NCBI GenBank assembly: GCA_963666275.2
Contig: CAXXOA010000002.1
Coordinates: 1,152,001 to 1,216,000, forward strand
Origin: Oceanispirochaeta sp.
GTDB lineage: Bacteria > Spirochaetota > Spirochaetia > DSM-2461
DNA length: 64,000 bases
Reading direction: 5' to 3'
In this document: piece by piece, positions 19,517-28,104 of the stretch
How positions within the stretch are numbered: position 1 is the first letter of the stretch
How the letters are laid out: each line of letters opens with the position of its first letter
Translations under genes and position numbers: made by a program
The notes under the pieces: model-generated
What the model was told of the DNA's origin: nothing
The model's database searches: none
Seen by the model: only the letters and a program-made list of their open reading frames with translations

Positions 19517-21058
19517 ATGGACTTGGCGGAGATACAAAAATCACCAGAGAAAGCACTTGAACTCATCCAGAGTATGTCTGGTCAGATTGAGCAATTAACA
19601 GAAGAACTCCGCCTGGCTCTTCATCGCAAGTTTGGACGTTCCAGCGAGAAAATCGATCCTAACCAGAAGGAACTGTTTGAAGAAGAGGCTCCTTCTGAGG
19701 AAGAATTCGCAGCAGATGATCAGATAACAGTTCCCGCACATAGCCGAACAAAGGCAGGACGAAAGCCTTTGGACAGCAACATCCCCCGGGAGGACATCAT
19801 CCATGACATTCCCGAAGAGGAAAAGATCTGCGGCTGCGGGCATCAACTGGATAAGATTGATGAGATTGTCAGTGAAAGGCTTCAGCATATCCCCGAGCAG
19901 ATATACGTGGAGCGTCATATCCGTTACAAGTATGCCTGCCGGAACTGTGAGGGTTCCGGTGATGAAGACAAACCGGTTTTCAGAGTAGCCCCGGCGGCTC
20001 CTTCCATCCTTCCCGGTAGTATCGTTACTTCGGGGCTTTTAGCCTTTATCTTGGTGAATAAGTTCTGTGATCATCTGCCGTTTTACAGGCAGGAGAAGCG
20101 CTTTGAGCGTATCGGCGCTCATATCAGCCGCCAAGACATGTCCAATTGGACAAATAAATCAGCAGAAAGGCTCCAATTCCTTATGGATATGTTTAGGAAG
20201 AAGATCAAAGAAGGCCCTGTTATCCAGATGGATGAAACCACAGTGCAGGTTCTGGGAGAAGAAAACCGTCCGGACACCTCAAAATCCTACATGTGGCTTG
20301 CCCGGGGAGGGCCTCCGGACTCACCCCTTGTGATCTACGACTACCATGAAACAAGAAGTTCTCAGCATGCCAAGGCGTTTTTGGAGGGATATTCGGGATA
20401 TCTCCAGACTGACGGCTATCAGGCTTATGAAACGGCACTGGACGGCAACGAAGATATCATTCATGTCGGTTGTCTGGCACATGCCCGTCGGAAATTTGTA
20501 GATGCCGCGAAGGCTTCAAAGAAAGCCGGAAGCGCTCAAATTGCTGTAAAGAAAATCAGAGATATTTACCGGATTGAAAGTAATCTCCGGGATGAGCATT
20601 TGGATGATATGAAGTTCTTGAACAGGAGAAAAGAGCTGGTTCAGCCGCTTCTGGATGACCTCAAATCCTGGCTGGATGACAAGGCTGAAAAGGTTAGGCC
20701 GTCTACGGCGACGGGAAAAGCGATAGCCTATATCTTGGGCCAGTGGGAGAAAATCGTCCGTTTTATTGAGTCTCCCTACCTGACGCCGGATAACAATGCC
20801 GCTGAACGGGCGATTAAACCTTTTGTGGTTGGTCGGAAAAACTGGCTGTTCTCCGGATCTCCGAGGGGTGCTAAATCCAGTAGTCTCTTTTACTCTTTGA
20901 TTGAGACGGCGAAAGTGAATGATCTGAATCCCTATGGATATCTATGGTGGATATTCGATCAGGTCGCAGTCATGGAAGATGATTTTGACAAAGAAAAACT
21001 GCTTCCCTGGAACTGTGACCGGGAAGCTATTCAGAAAAGGGCTTTCAAGGGCCTGTAG
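19517..21058 (+). CDS. tnpC: IS66 DDE transposase TnpC
   Basis: FGRSSEK, zinc finger, HLPFYRQ, MDET, LQTDGY, CLAHARRKF, DNNAAERAIK. Confidence 0.95.
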   Translation: MDLAEIQKSPEKALELIQSMSGQIEQLTEELRLALHRKFGRSSEKIDPNQKELFEEEAPSEEEFAADDQITVPAHSRTKAGRKPLDSNIPREDIIHDIPEEEKICGCGHQLDKIDEIVSERLQHIPEQIYVERHIRYKYACRNCEGSGDEDKPVFRVAPAAPSILPGSIVTSGLLAFILVNKFCDHLPFYRQEKRFERIGAHISRQDMSNWTNKSAERLQFLMDMFRKKIKEGPVIQMDETTVQVLGEENRPDTSKSYMWLARGGPPDSPLVIYDYHETRSSQHAKAFLEGYSGYLQTDGYQAYETALDGNEDIIHVGCLAHARRKFVDAAKASKKAGSAQIAVKKIRDIYRIESNLRDEHLDDMKFLNRRKELVQPLLDDLKSWLDDKAEKVRPSTATGKAIAYILGQWEKIVRFIESPYLTPDNNAAERAIKPFVVGRKNWLFSGSPRGAKSSSLFYSLIETAKVNDLNPYGYLWWIFDQVAVMEDDFDKEKLLPWNCDREAIQKRAFKGL

Positions 21059-21081
21059 TTTTGACGGTTACGAGATAAATT

Positions 21082-21615
21082 ATGAAAAAAACTTTCTATT
21101 CTATTTTTTTCATTTTCATCATATTGATTCAATGTTTTAGCCAGGACTCTTCTGTAATTGATACACTAAAATCAGAATGGAGCAAGTATAATTATGAAGA
21201 AGAGGCTACTATTTGTAATCTTGAAATGAAGAGTATTGGGCAATATATATTCAGTGAAGGTTCTTTTAATATTAATCTGACAGTACAAGCTAATAAAAAA
21301 ATCTATTTCGAACTTAACAGATCTTGGGATCAAGAATTTTTAGAGGAATTTCCAGATGTACCAGTTCCTTACCTTTCTTTTTATGAGTTAAAGGAACCGT
21401 TTGAATCTGTACCGCCGTATATCTTAAATCAATATATTAAGGTTCGTCATAAGAATGTTAATTTTGAAAGTCCTGAGTATTTTGAGTTACAAAAGGATTT
21501 TCTTGATTACGTGACTCATTACTCAGGAACAGTCTTAAGAAAAAGTGAAATAGACTCATCCTTGTATATATATTATCCTCCCATTGATGAATTTATTCTG
21601 ATATGGGCTCCATAA
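21082..21615 (+). CDS. Hypothetical secreted protein, antisense to the array
   Basis: Signal peptide MKKTFYSIFFIFIILIQCFS; AT-rich. Confidence 0.65.
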   Translation: MKKTFYSIFFIFIILIQCFSQDSSVIDTLKSEWSKYNYEEEATICNLEMKSIGQYIFSEGSFNINLTVQANKKIYFELNRSWDQEFLEEFPDVPVPYLSFYELKEPFESVPPYILNQYIKVRHKNVNFESPEYFELQKDFLDYVTHYSGTVLRKSEIDSSLYIYYPPIDEFILIWAP

Positions 21616-21748
21616 ATGATGTCGATTTTGTCGGAAATATAATTACTTAACACAGCAGCGAAATTACACTGCCGATAATCGCCTATTCTATCACTTTAGA
21701 AATTTTTATTAACAGAATTATACTGAAAATTACGTATATTTTGAGTCC

Positions 21749-21807
21749 ACATAACATCAAAATATGCTGCGCAGCGGCCTGGCTTGCCAGGTATAGGCGC
21801 TTTGCTT
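21749..21807 (-). repeat. Truncated attC half-site
   Basis: R' GTTATGT at 21755-21749; about 50 bp near-identical to 14318-14368. Confidence 0.8.
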
Positions 21808-21876
21808 CCGACCCGTGCGGACCCGCATGCTCATTTGGTGTGGGGGCTGGAGGTTTAAAGCCTCCGGCTACCCGAT
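21808..21876 (+). mobile_element. About 69-bp 3' remnant (domains V-VI) of the group II intron
   Basis: cccgtgcggacccgcatgc..tggtgtgggggctggaggtttaaagcctccggctacccgat followed by ttatgt. Confidence 0.9.
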
Positions 21877-22761
21877 TTATGTGGATTTTTCAGGAATATA
21901 TTTCAACAATAATCCAAAATTTAACAGTCCAATTATTATTTGTAATATCACAATACCTCTTATTACCGAATTATTAGGTATTATATCTCCATATCCCGTT
22001 GTTGTACTTGTAACAAAACTAAAATACTGAAAATCAATAAAATTTAAATGATTTGATCTCTGGGAATGGATTTCTATCCATAATTCTGGAAACCGAGCTC
22101 GTAGATTTCGAAAATCCTTTTCTTTAGAATCAAAAATCTGCCGATGATTATTTACTTCTTTTTCTAACGCATTAATTTCTGATAATAATTCTGGGTCACC
22201 AAAAGAGGATAAATTTTTCAAAGCAAAATCAAAAATATTAATTCTTTCATTTGCTAATTCTAGTTTTAGTTCGGCAACTGCAACATCATGTTTGGCTATA
22301 TCTAGTACATTCTCTAAATTTAGCTTTTCATTTTGCAATATATTTATGTTACCTTCTATTTCAGATGTTCTTAATGTAACAAAAGAATCAATACCATCAT
22401 TTACTGTTTGGTTGTACCTAGTGCTTAATTCTTTCAACTCATTCTCGCTTTCAACTATTAATGCATCTAATTCTTCAATTTCGATAATTAACTTATTAAT
22501 TTCATCAATATATAGATTTATTTCGGATGAATATTCTAATAAATCTTTTTCTGAGATTTCCTTAGTTGAAAAATTATTCTCATAGGAATCTCGAATCATA
22601 TTTAAAGGATTCAGATTTATCTCATAATTATATAAAAAATTACACGGGTCATATTTGAAACAAGCAAAATATATTATTCCAAAAATGAACTGCATAATTA
22701 CAAAAGCCAATAAAAAGTTAATCCACTTATTCTGTTTATAAAATTCAGACATAGTTCTCAT
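21877..22761 (-). CDS. Potassium-channel-family (2TM pore) protein with a long coiled-coil insert
   Basis: YFSFVTSTTTGYGDIIP selectivity filter; TM helices at both ends separated by about 200 aa of heptad-rich sequence. Confidence 0.8.
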   Translation of the reverse strand: MRTMSEFYKQNKWINFLLAFVIMQFIFGIIYFACFKYDPCNFLYNYEINLNPLNMIRDSYENNFSTKEISEKDLLEYSSEINLYIDEINKLIIEIEELDALIVESENELKELSTRYNQTVNDGIDSFVTLRTSEIEGNINILQNEKLNLENVLDIAKHDVAVAELKLELANERINIFDFALKNLSSFGDPELLSEINALEKEVNNHRQIFDSKEKDFRNLRARFPELWIEIHSQRSNHLNFIDFQYFSFVTSTTTGYGDIIPNNSVIRGIVILQIIIGLLNFGLLLKYIPEKST

Positions 22762-22775
22762 ATTTTATCCTTCTA

Positions 22776-23951
22776 CTATTCACTAACATTAAAAAAAGAG
22801 GAAATAAGAATAACGTCCTCATCACTTAGAATATCGTTATGCTCTAAAAACACAGCCTCATCCAAAATATGAAAAACGGAAATGAATGCTTCATCATATT
22901 TTTGATTCATTGGAGCATCCGATTTTTGAAAATCATCAAAGTCACAGCTTTGCCATGACGTTATTGTTCTCTTAGTCGTTCTATTAGTAAAATACATCCT
23001 TAACCCGTTAATGGTATAGAATTTTGTAATCTTACTACATGTTTGAATAGATTTTATTGCACTACATTCTTTCTTATTAAGAAGATGTTCTTGTCTAAGA
23101 ATTTCATTTATTTTTGTTGTATCAATATATTGATTTTTTATTACGTAATTTATTGCTTCTGATTGTTTTTCAAAATCCATAAAATAGACATAATGTTGAA
23201 TATACAGCTCTGTATTTTTGTAATTCTTGATATGTTCTTCACCAATATATTTTGAAATAAAATTATCTGAATAAGCAGATGTTACTGTATCTCCAGTTCT
23301 ATAATATATCTCTTCATCATTAAGTAGTATTGGAAAAGGATCGATTGATAATCTCATAATTGCAACTGTTCCAATACAATCCTTTAAATACGATTCAAAC
23401 TTATTTGTAAATATATCATTATCTAGATAATTATGGTTAATAGAGTGATTTCTACTCGAATAAAATTTATCAAATCCTTGTTTATGGACGAACTTATTTA
23501 TTTTTTTCTTGGTATTGTCTATATGATCGAAAAAGAGTTGTAATTTCTCTTTTATATCTTTAAATACAGTTTCATTCGCTTCTAAGTATTTTTGCATTTG
23601 CTGATACATAGGAAAATGTTCTTCTGATTTCCATTTCTCAAGTTCATTGTTACTTTTTTGATCTTGATTTTCAATTATATACATCATAGTCATAGAGACT
23701 TCAATTGATTGTCTAAGTGAATAGTAGGCACAATCAAAATAACCTAATTCAAACAATGTAATAGCATTTTTTATCAGGTTACATGCTTCAACTATGAATG
23801 TATTTGCAATCCATGCATCTACTCGACCAGTATGACTTTGTTCAATATTTGCTATATCAATTATATAGTCTTTCTTAGACGCGAGTTCAATAGGTATTAA
23901 ATGTCCACTTTCTCTAAATTTCGTATAATCCATTCCATACCTTTTTTCCAC
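22776..23951 (-). CDS. Hypothetical protein, possibly HEPN-like
   Basis: 391-aa frame; AYYSLRQSIE...INKFVH helical pattern. Confidence 0.6.
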   Translation of the reverse strand: MEKRYGMDYTKFRESGHLIPIELASKKDYIIDIANIEQSHTGRVDAWIANTFIVEACNLIKNAITLFELGYFDCAYYSLRQSIEVSMTMMYIIENQDQKSNNELEKWKSEEHFPMYQQMQKYLEANETVFKDIKEKLQLFFDHIDNTKKKINKFVHKQGFDKFYSSRNHSINHNYLDNDIFTNKFESYLKDCIGTVAIMRLSIDPFPILLNDEEIYYRTGDTVTSAYSDNFISKYIGEEHIKNYKNTELYIQHYVYFMDFEKQSEAINYVIKNQYIDTTKINEILRQEHLLNKKECSAIKSIQTCSKITKFYTINGLRMYFTNRTTKRTITSWQSCDFDDFQKSDAPMNQKYDEAFISVFHILDEAVFLEHNDILSDEDVILISSFFNVSE

Positions 23952-24051
23952 ATAACGTCGATTTCACCTGTTCGTCGTAAATGGCGTAATTACTGCAAGC
24001 GAAGCTGAATAGCAGTAATTATGACATAGACGAATCTGGTGCAAATCCTTG
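23950..24051 (-). repeat. attC site split by the intron (R'' remainder at 26041-26046)
   Basis: Rejoined minus strand: ATATAAC-aag-GATTTGCACC ... GGTGAAATC-gac-GTTATGT with a central hairpin (taattactgc/gcagtaatta). Confidence 0.9.
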
Positions 24052-26040
24052 GTACGCCCGACATGGCAATAAACTTATGAGGTGAAAGTCCTCTACAGCT
24101 ACCCACGTATAGTAAACATGCTATACCAACTGTTAGCCGACGGCAAGGGCAATTCCGTGAGGAATTGTCTGGAGGAAGCCTGAGTGCAAAACCGGGAGCC
24201 CATGCACAAGAATGTGATAGAAGGCCCAGTTCCGGAGGCGAGTCAGCCAATGATGACGATGCCCCGTGGGTGAGGGATAGGGTAAATCACAGGGTTGTCC
24301 GGGGAATGTTTCTTGTCTTATTCGGGGAGATCTGTCTGCAAGGCGGTAACGTCGGTTTGACCGTGAGAATCCGGAGGATACCGGAGCAACAAGTCCAGGC
24401 CTATCAGGGGGTGACACTCTGATAAGGAGCCGTTTATACGGAACACAAAGAAGTCGTCACAGCGCTTCAAACCGGATGATACAGCGTCAGCAGGAGTAAT
24501 TCTACTGATAAGCGGACAGAAGTCAGCAGAAGGCATAGTAGCTAACGCCCGGAGTAATGTCCGGTTCATGGTGAAGGCCTGAACATTTCACAAGGAGGAG
24601 CCTTATGGTTCTCAAAGGAACAATTTCAGCTTATGCCGGAATCACTTTTGGCGGATCTTGGAGAAACCAGCCTTGAACGAATCTATGATGGCTTTGATTC
24701 TGTCGCAAGATAACATGCGTGATGCCTGGAAACGGGTCAAACGCAACGGTGGAAGTCCGGGGATTGATGATATATCAATCTCTCAATTTCCTGATTACCT
24801 CAAAAATCGGTGGCCAAGAATCAAACGAGCTTTGCTCAATGGGTACTATGTACCTTCTCCGGTGCTGAGGGTGGAAATCCCGAAGAAATCCGGAGGAAAA
24901 CGGATGCTGGGAATCCCGACAGTTCTAGACAGGGTTATCCAGCAAGCTATTTCACAGGTTCTGAACCCTATATTTGATCCGGATTTTTCGGAGTATAGCT
25001 ATGGTTTCAGACCGGGAAGATCGGCTCACGGAGCAGTGAAACAGGTAAACCAATATGTCAAATCCGGGTATAGATACGCCGTGGATCTGGACTTGGAAAA
25101 GTTCTTTGATACAGTGAATCATGATATACTGATGCATTTTGTGGCTGTAAAAGTCCGGGACAAATTTGTTCTCAGACTCATCGGCCGTTACCTGAGAGCC
25201 GGTATTCAGTTGGACAATGGAAAAGTGATTCCTACAGCAATCGGCACACCCCAAGGCGGGCCTTTATCACCTTTGCTTTCCAATATCCTCCTTGATCGGT
25301 TGGATATGGAACTGGAAAGAAGAAATGTACGGTTTGCACGGTATGCAGATGACACTATCCTTTTAACGAAGAGATTGTGTGATGCTAGGAAGATCCTAAA
25401 GGAAGTTTCAATATTTCTGGTAAGGAAATTGAAATTGGTAGTGAATCAGGGAAAAACGAAAGTTGCAAAGATAACGGAATGCAGCTTCCTGGGGTTCACA
25501 TTCAAGGGTAAGAAGATTCGCTGGACTGAGTCGTCTTTTGAGGATTTTCGGTATCAACTGAAATATCTGACAAGGCGTTCCTGGGGTGTTTCCATGGAAT
25601 ACAGAATCGGGAAACTCAATGAGTATATCCGGGGCTGGATGAACTACTATGGGATCTCCCAATATTACAGCCCTCTACAGAACCTTGATGACTGGCTCCG
25701 TAGGAGGATTCGCATGTGCTACTGGAAACAGTGGCGATATCCCAGAACGAAAGTCAGGAAACTGATGGAACTGGGAATTCCGAAAGATTTTGCCATTATC
25801 ACCGGTGCCAGTAGTAAATCCTATTGGCATCTCTCCAAGTCTTACGCTACCAATGCAGCTATGTCCAATAAATGGCTGGAAGAGCAGGGATTGGTCAATA
25901 TCAAATATCTGTGGTGTAAAGCCCAGGGATATATCTGATCAAATCAGGATTTCGTTTGCTCCATGGAGTGAACCGCCCCGTGCGGACCCGCATGCGGGGT
26001 GGTGTGGGGGCTGGAGGTTAAAAGCCTCCGGCTACCCGAT
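24052..26040 (+). mobile_element. Full-length group II intron, class C attC-targeting type (1989 bp)
   Basis: 5' GTACGCCCGACATGG; 3' domain V GAACCGCCCCGTGCGGACCCGCATGCGGGGTGGTGT and domain VI ending CTACCCGAT; inserted TTG/TTA in the attC bottom strand. Confidence 0.93.
24658..25938 (+). CDS. ltrA: Group II intron reverse transcriptase/maturase without endonuclease domain
   Basis: SPGID, RMLGIPTVLDR, SYGFRPGRS, DLEKFFD, GTPQGGPLSP, RYADD, FLGF, GWMNYY. Confidence 0.95.
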   Translation: MEKPALNESMMALILSQDNMRDAWKRVKRNGGSPGIDDISISQFPDYLKNRWPRIKRALLNGYYVPSPVLRVEIPKKSGGKRMLGIPTVLDRVIQQAISQVLNPIFDPDFSEYSYGFRPGRSAHGAVKQVNQYVKSGYRYAVDLDLEKFFDTVNHDILMHFVAVKVRDKFVLRLIGRYLRAGIQLDNGKVIPTAIGTPQGGPLSPLLSNILLDRLDMELERRNVRFARYADDTILLTKRLCDARKILKEVSIFLVRKLKLVVNQGKTKVAKITECSFLGFTFKGKKIRWTESSFEDFRYQLKYLTRRSWGVSMEYRIGKLNEYIRGWMNYYGISQYYSPLQNLDDWLRRRIRMCYWKQWRYPRTKVRKLMELGIPKDFAIITGASSKSYWHLSKSYATNAAMSNKWLEEQGLVNIKYLWCKAQGYI

Positions 26041-26550
26041 TTATATTTTATTTCTTTTATACCTATATCTAATCGATGAAGGAGTAAATCCCATTTTTTC
26101 ATAAAATCTAATCGCATCACTGTTGTTGGCAAATACAGATAAACGTATGTCATCTACACCTTTTTCATTGATCCAATCTAAGCCAAACTCGAATAATCTT
26201 TTTCCTATACCTCGATTTCTGAAATTTTTGGTGATAATAATATTTTCAATTGATGCATATTTTATTGGTATAAGATTTGTTATATTTGGTGTATCTAAAA
26301 TTTTAATTATAATTAATCCGAGGATTTCGCAATCTTTTTTGGCTATGAAATATGCATAATTAGACAGGTTGATATCTTTCTCAAGAGTTTCATCAGTTCG
26401 GCTATTATTTATTCCTGAGAAAATATCAGGATGAAGTAGATGGTGATAATAATCTCCTTCATCCAGCAGTTTCTTTATACCTTGTAAATCTTTTAATGAA
26501 GCGTTGTTTATTACTATTTCTTTGTTCTCTTCTACAATTGAACTCATCAA
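26041..26550 (-). CDS. GNAT-family N-acetyltransferase
   Basis: FRNRGIGKRL acetyl-CoA motif, N..AIRFYEKMGF. Confidence 0.9.
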   Translation of the reverse strand: MMSSIVEENKEIVINNASLKDLQGIKKLLDEGDYYHHLLHPDIFSGINNSRTDETLEKDINLSNYAYFIAKKDCEILGLIIIKILDTPNITNLIPIKYASIENIIITKNFRNRGIGKRLFEFGLDWINEKGVDDIRLSVFANNSDAIRFYEKMGFTPSSIRYRYKRNKI

Positions 26551-26583
26551 TATTTCCTTTAATAATGATTGTATTGAAAATGC

Positions 26584-26934
26584 CTATACGTAATTTTCCA
26601 ATTCTTCATTTAGGAGAAAATCTCCTTTATCATTCTTATTGAATGGATAATTTGCTATAACTGAATCAGTATTCAATTCACCATAAATGTGTGGGTATGT
26701 TCTCCCATAATTACCATCATCTTCCCATTTTATTTCGGCTTCTACCTTCTCTGTATCAATGCATAGCAAAACTAACTTTTCTTTAATGTGTAAAAAATGT
26801 GGTGCTACTCTCCAGAAATTCTCGATAGAAGAACAATGGATGAATCCGTTATTATCAATTAATTCCTTTCCATAATAGCTATTCCCTTTAACTTTGATCC
26901 ATTGATCTTCTGCTATACAATGAAGAATAATCAT
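26584..26934 (-). CDS. DUF952-domain protein
   Basis: ILH, GFIHCS, YPHIYGELN motifs. Confidence 0.88.
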   Translation of the reverse strand: MIILHCIAEDQWIKVKGNSYYGKELIDNNGFIHCSSIENFWRVAPHFLHIKEKLVLLCIDTEKVEAEIKWEDDGNYGRTYPHIYGELNTDSVIANYPFNKNDKGDFLLNEELENYV

Positions 26935-26969
26935 ACTATTCCAATCTTTATAAATTTTTTTCTGTGTAA

Positions 26970-27078
26970 ATATAACGCCAAAATCACCTGCAGACCGTTA
27001 AGCTGGCGCAAATACTGCCGCGAAGCGAAAAGCAGTATTTGTGACAGTAGGGCTGTCAGGTGCATTTTCTGGTTCTAT
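26970..27078 (-). repeat. Intact attC site (109 bp)
   Basis: Minus strand ATAGAAC-cag-AAAATGCACCTG ... CAGGTGATTTT-ggc-GTTATAT; central aaatactg/cagtattt stem. Confidence 0.9.
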
Positions 27079-27117
27079 AGATGATTACAGAACGACTGAT
27101 CCGAATTTAAATAATTA

Positions 27118-27378
27118 TTAATTAATAATATCCCAATCAGGATTACTTCTTTCCGGAACAGAATCCATTATAGCATCAAATTTCTTAAGAATATCTCTTT
27201 TGCTGCTCTTTAGTTCATTTCTGAAAAACTGATTTGATTCAAGCTCTGCCAATTCTTTTGTAAATGAGTACAACGCAAACTGATTAATTGAAACTCCTTG
27301 GAGAAGTGCAAATTTTTCAATTCTGCTCTTTAATTCTTCGGGTACACGTATTGTCATTACATTACTATTCTTCTTCAT
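27118..27378 (-). CDS. Ribbon-helix-helix (HicB-like) antitoxin
   Basis: MTIRVPEELK...GVSINQF RHH pattern; overlaps the PIN gene end. Confidence 0.8.
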   Translation of the reverse strand: MKKNSNVMTIRVPEELKSRIEKFALLQGVSINQFALYSFTKELAELESNQFFRNELKSSKRDILKKFDAIMDSVPERSNPDWDIIN

Positions 27379-27808
27379 TTTCTTTCCTCCACATCTTTAG
27401 AAAGTCGCTTGGAGTAATTACTGTATATGAATCTAGCGATAAATCATTTCCGATCGTAAAATCATTAATATTCTTTGTTATCAAATATTTACTTCCACTA
27501 TTAAAAGCCAACTCAGCGAATATATTGTCTTTTTCATCCCGTAAATTTGGTCTCCATAAATAATTCATGACAAATGGTTCTGCCACAAGAGCAATGAATT
27601 CCAAAACGGTATCAATGTCTTCTTCTGTCTTTTGTATAAAATCCAATGTTCTTTTTCGTTTCAGAACATCCTGATATTCCTGGAATACTGGAATGGAGAT
27701 AGTCATGGTAATTTCTCCATTTCGTACTAGTTTAAGAATTTGATGAGATGCACCAGTACTACTGTATAAGGCCTGAAATAAAATATTTGTATCAATTGTG
27801 ACTCTCAT
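27365..27808 (-). CDS. PIN-domain toxin
   Basis: MRVTIDTNIL, EY, RDEKDN, LITKNINDF acidic PIN residues. Confidence 0.88.
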   Translation of the reverse strand: MRVTIDTNILFQALYSSTGASHQILKLVRNGEITMTISIPVFQEYQDVLKRKRTLDFIQKTEEDIDTVLEFIALVAEPFVMNYLWRPNLRDEKDNIFAELAFNSGSKYLITKNINDFTIGNDLSLDSYTVITPSDFLKMWRKENEEE

Positions 27809-27843
27809 GTGATAATGATAGCATATATGACTTCACATTTCAA
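27809..27843 (-). promoter_or_regulatory. Sigma70-type promoter of the toxin-antitoxin cassette (probably leaderless)
   Basis: TTGAAA-17 bp-TATCAT with extended TG, 6 nt before the ATG, no RBS. Confidence 0.7.
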
Positions 27844-27970
27844 TGTTTATAATATTTGATTTATTCTGAGGAAGTTTATCTGATTTTTAACAGATAAATT
27901 CATTAGGTTGATAATGTTAAGATTTAGTTTATAAATGAATTATTAATAATTTATTTATAAACCTGATTCT

Positions 27971-28104
27971 ATAGAACATTACTTATTATACTGTTCAGTA
28001 TAATTCAGCCCTTACTGCAGTGATAACTTCAAAATCCACAGTTATCTAGACATTTCTGCAGTATAACTACTCATATAATCCAGTTATACAGAACAGTATA
28101 ATAA
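27971..28104 (-). other. Candidate attI-like array entry site with nested inverted and direct repeats
   Basis: Core GTTCTAT (27977-27971) complements R'' ATAGAAC of cassette 1; no attC arms; TTATTATACTGTTC inverted repeat at 27983 and 28104. Confidence 0.55.

Larger units (their letters stand above)
18750..21071 (+). mobile_element. Complete IS66-family insertion sequence (2322 bp)
   Basis: Terminal inverted repeats GTAACCGTCAA / TTGACGGTTAC; 8-bp target duplication GAGATAAA at 18742-18749 and 21072-21079; three ORFs. Confidence 0.95.
13052..27977 (-). mobile_element. Integron-type gene cassette array without an integrase in the window (CALIN-like)
   Basis: Series of GTT cores (27977, 26976, 23956, 21755, 17812, 14320, 13058 on the minus strand) with complementary AAC inverse cores at or near gene stops; AT-rich cargo mostly co-oriented. 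Confidence 0.85.

Noticed and set aside
24658..25938. RT as a retron, DGR or defence-associated RT (with the 14641-14911 copy as a template/variable repeat pair)
   Set aside because: It has a maturase domain and flanking group II intron domains V and VI; the duplicate is the intron's own 3' end with only two differences.
26551..26583. attC between DUF952 and GNAT (likewise 22762-22775 and 16017-16048)
   Set aside because: The gaps are too short and lack AAC/GTT arms, so these are two-gene cassettes.
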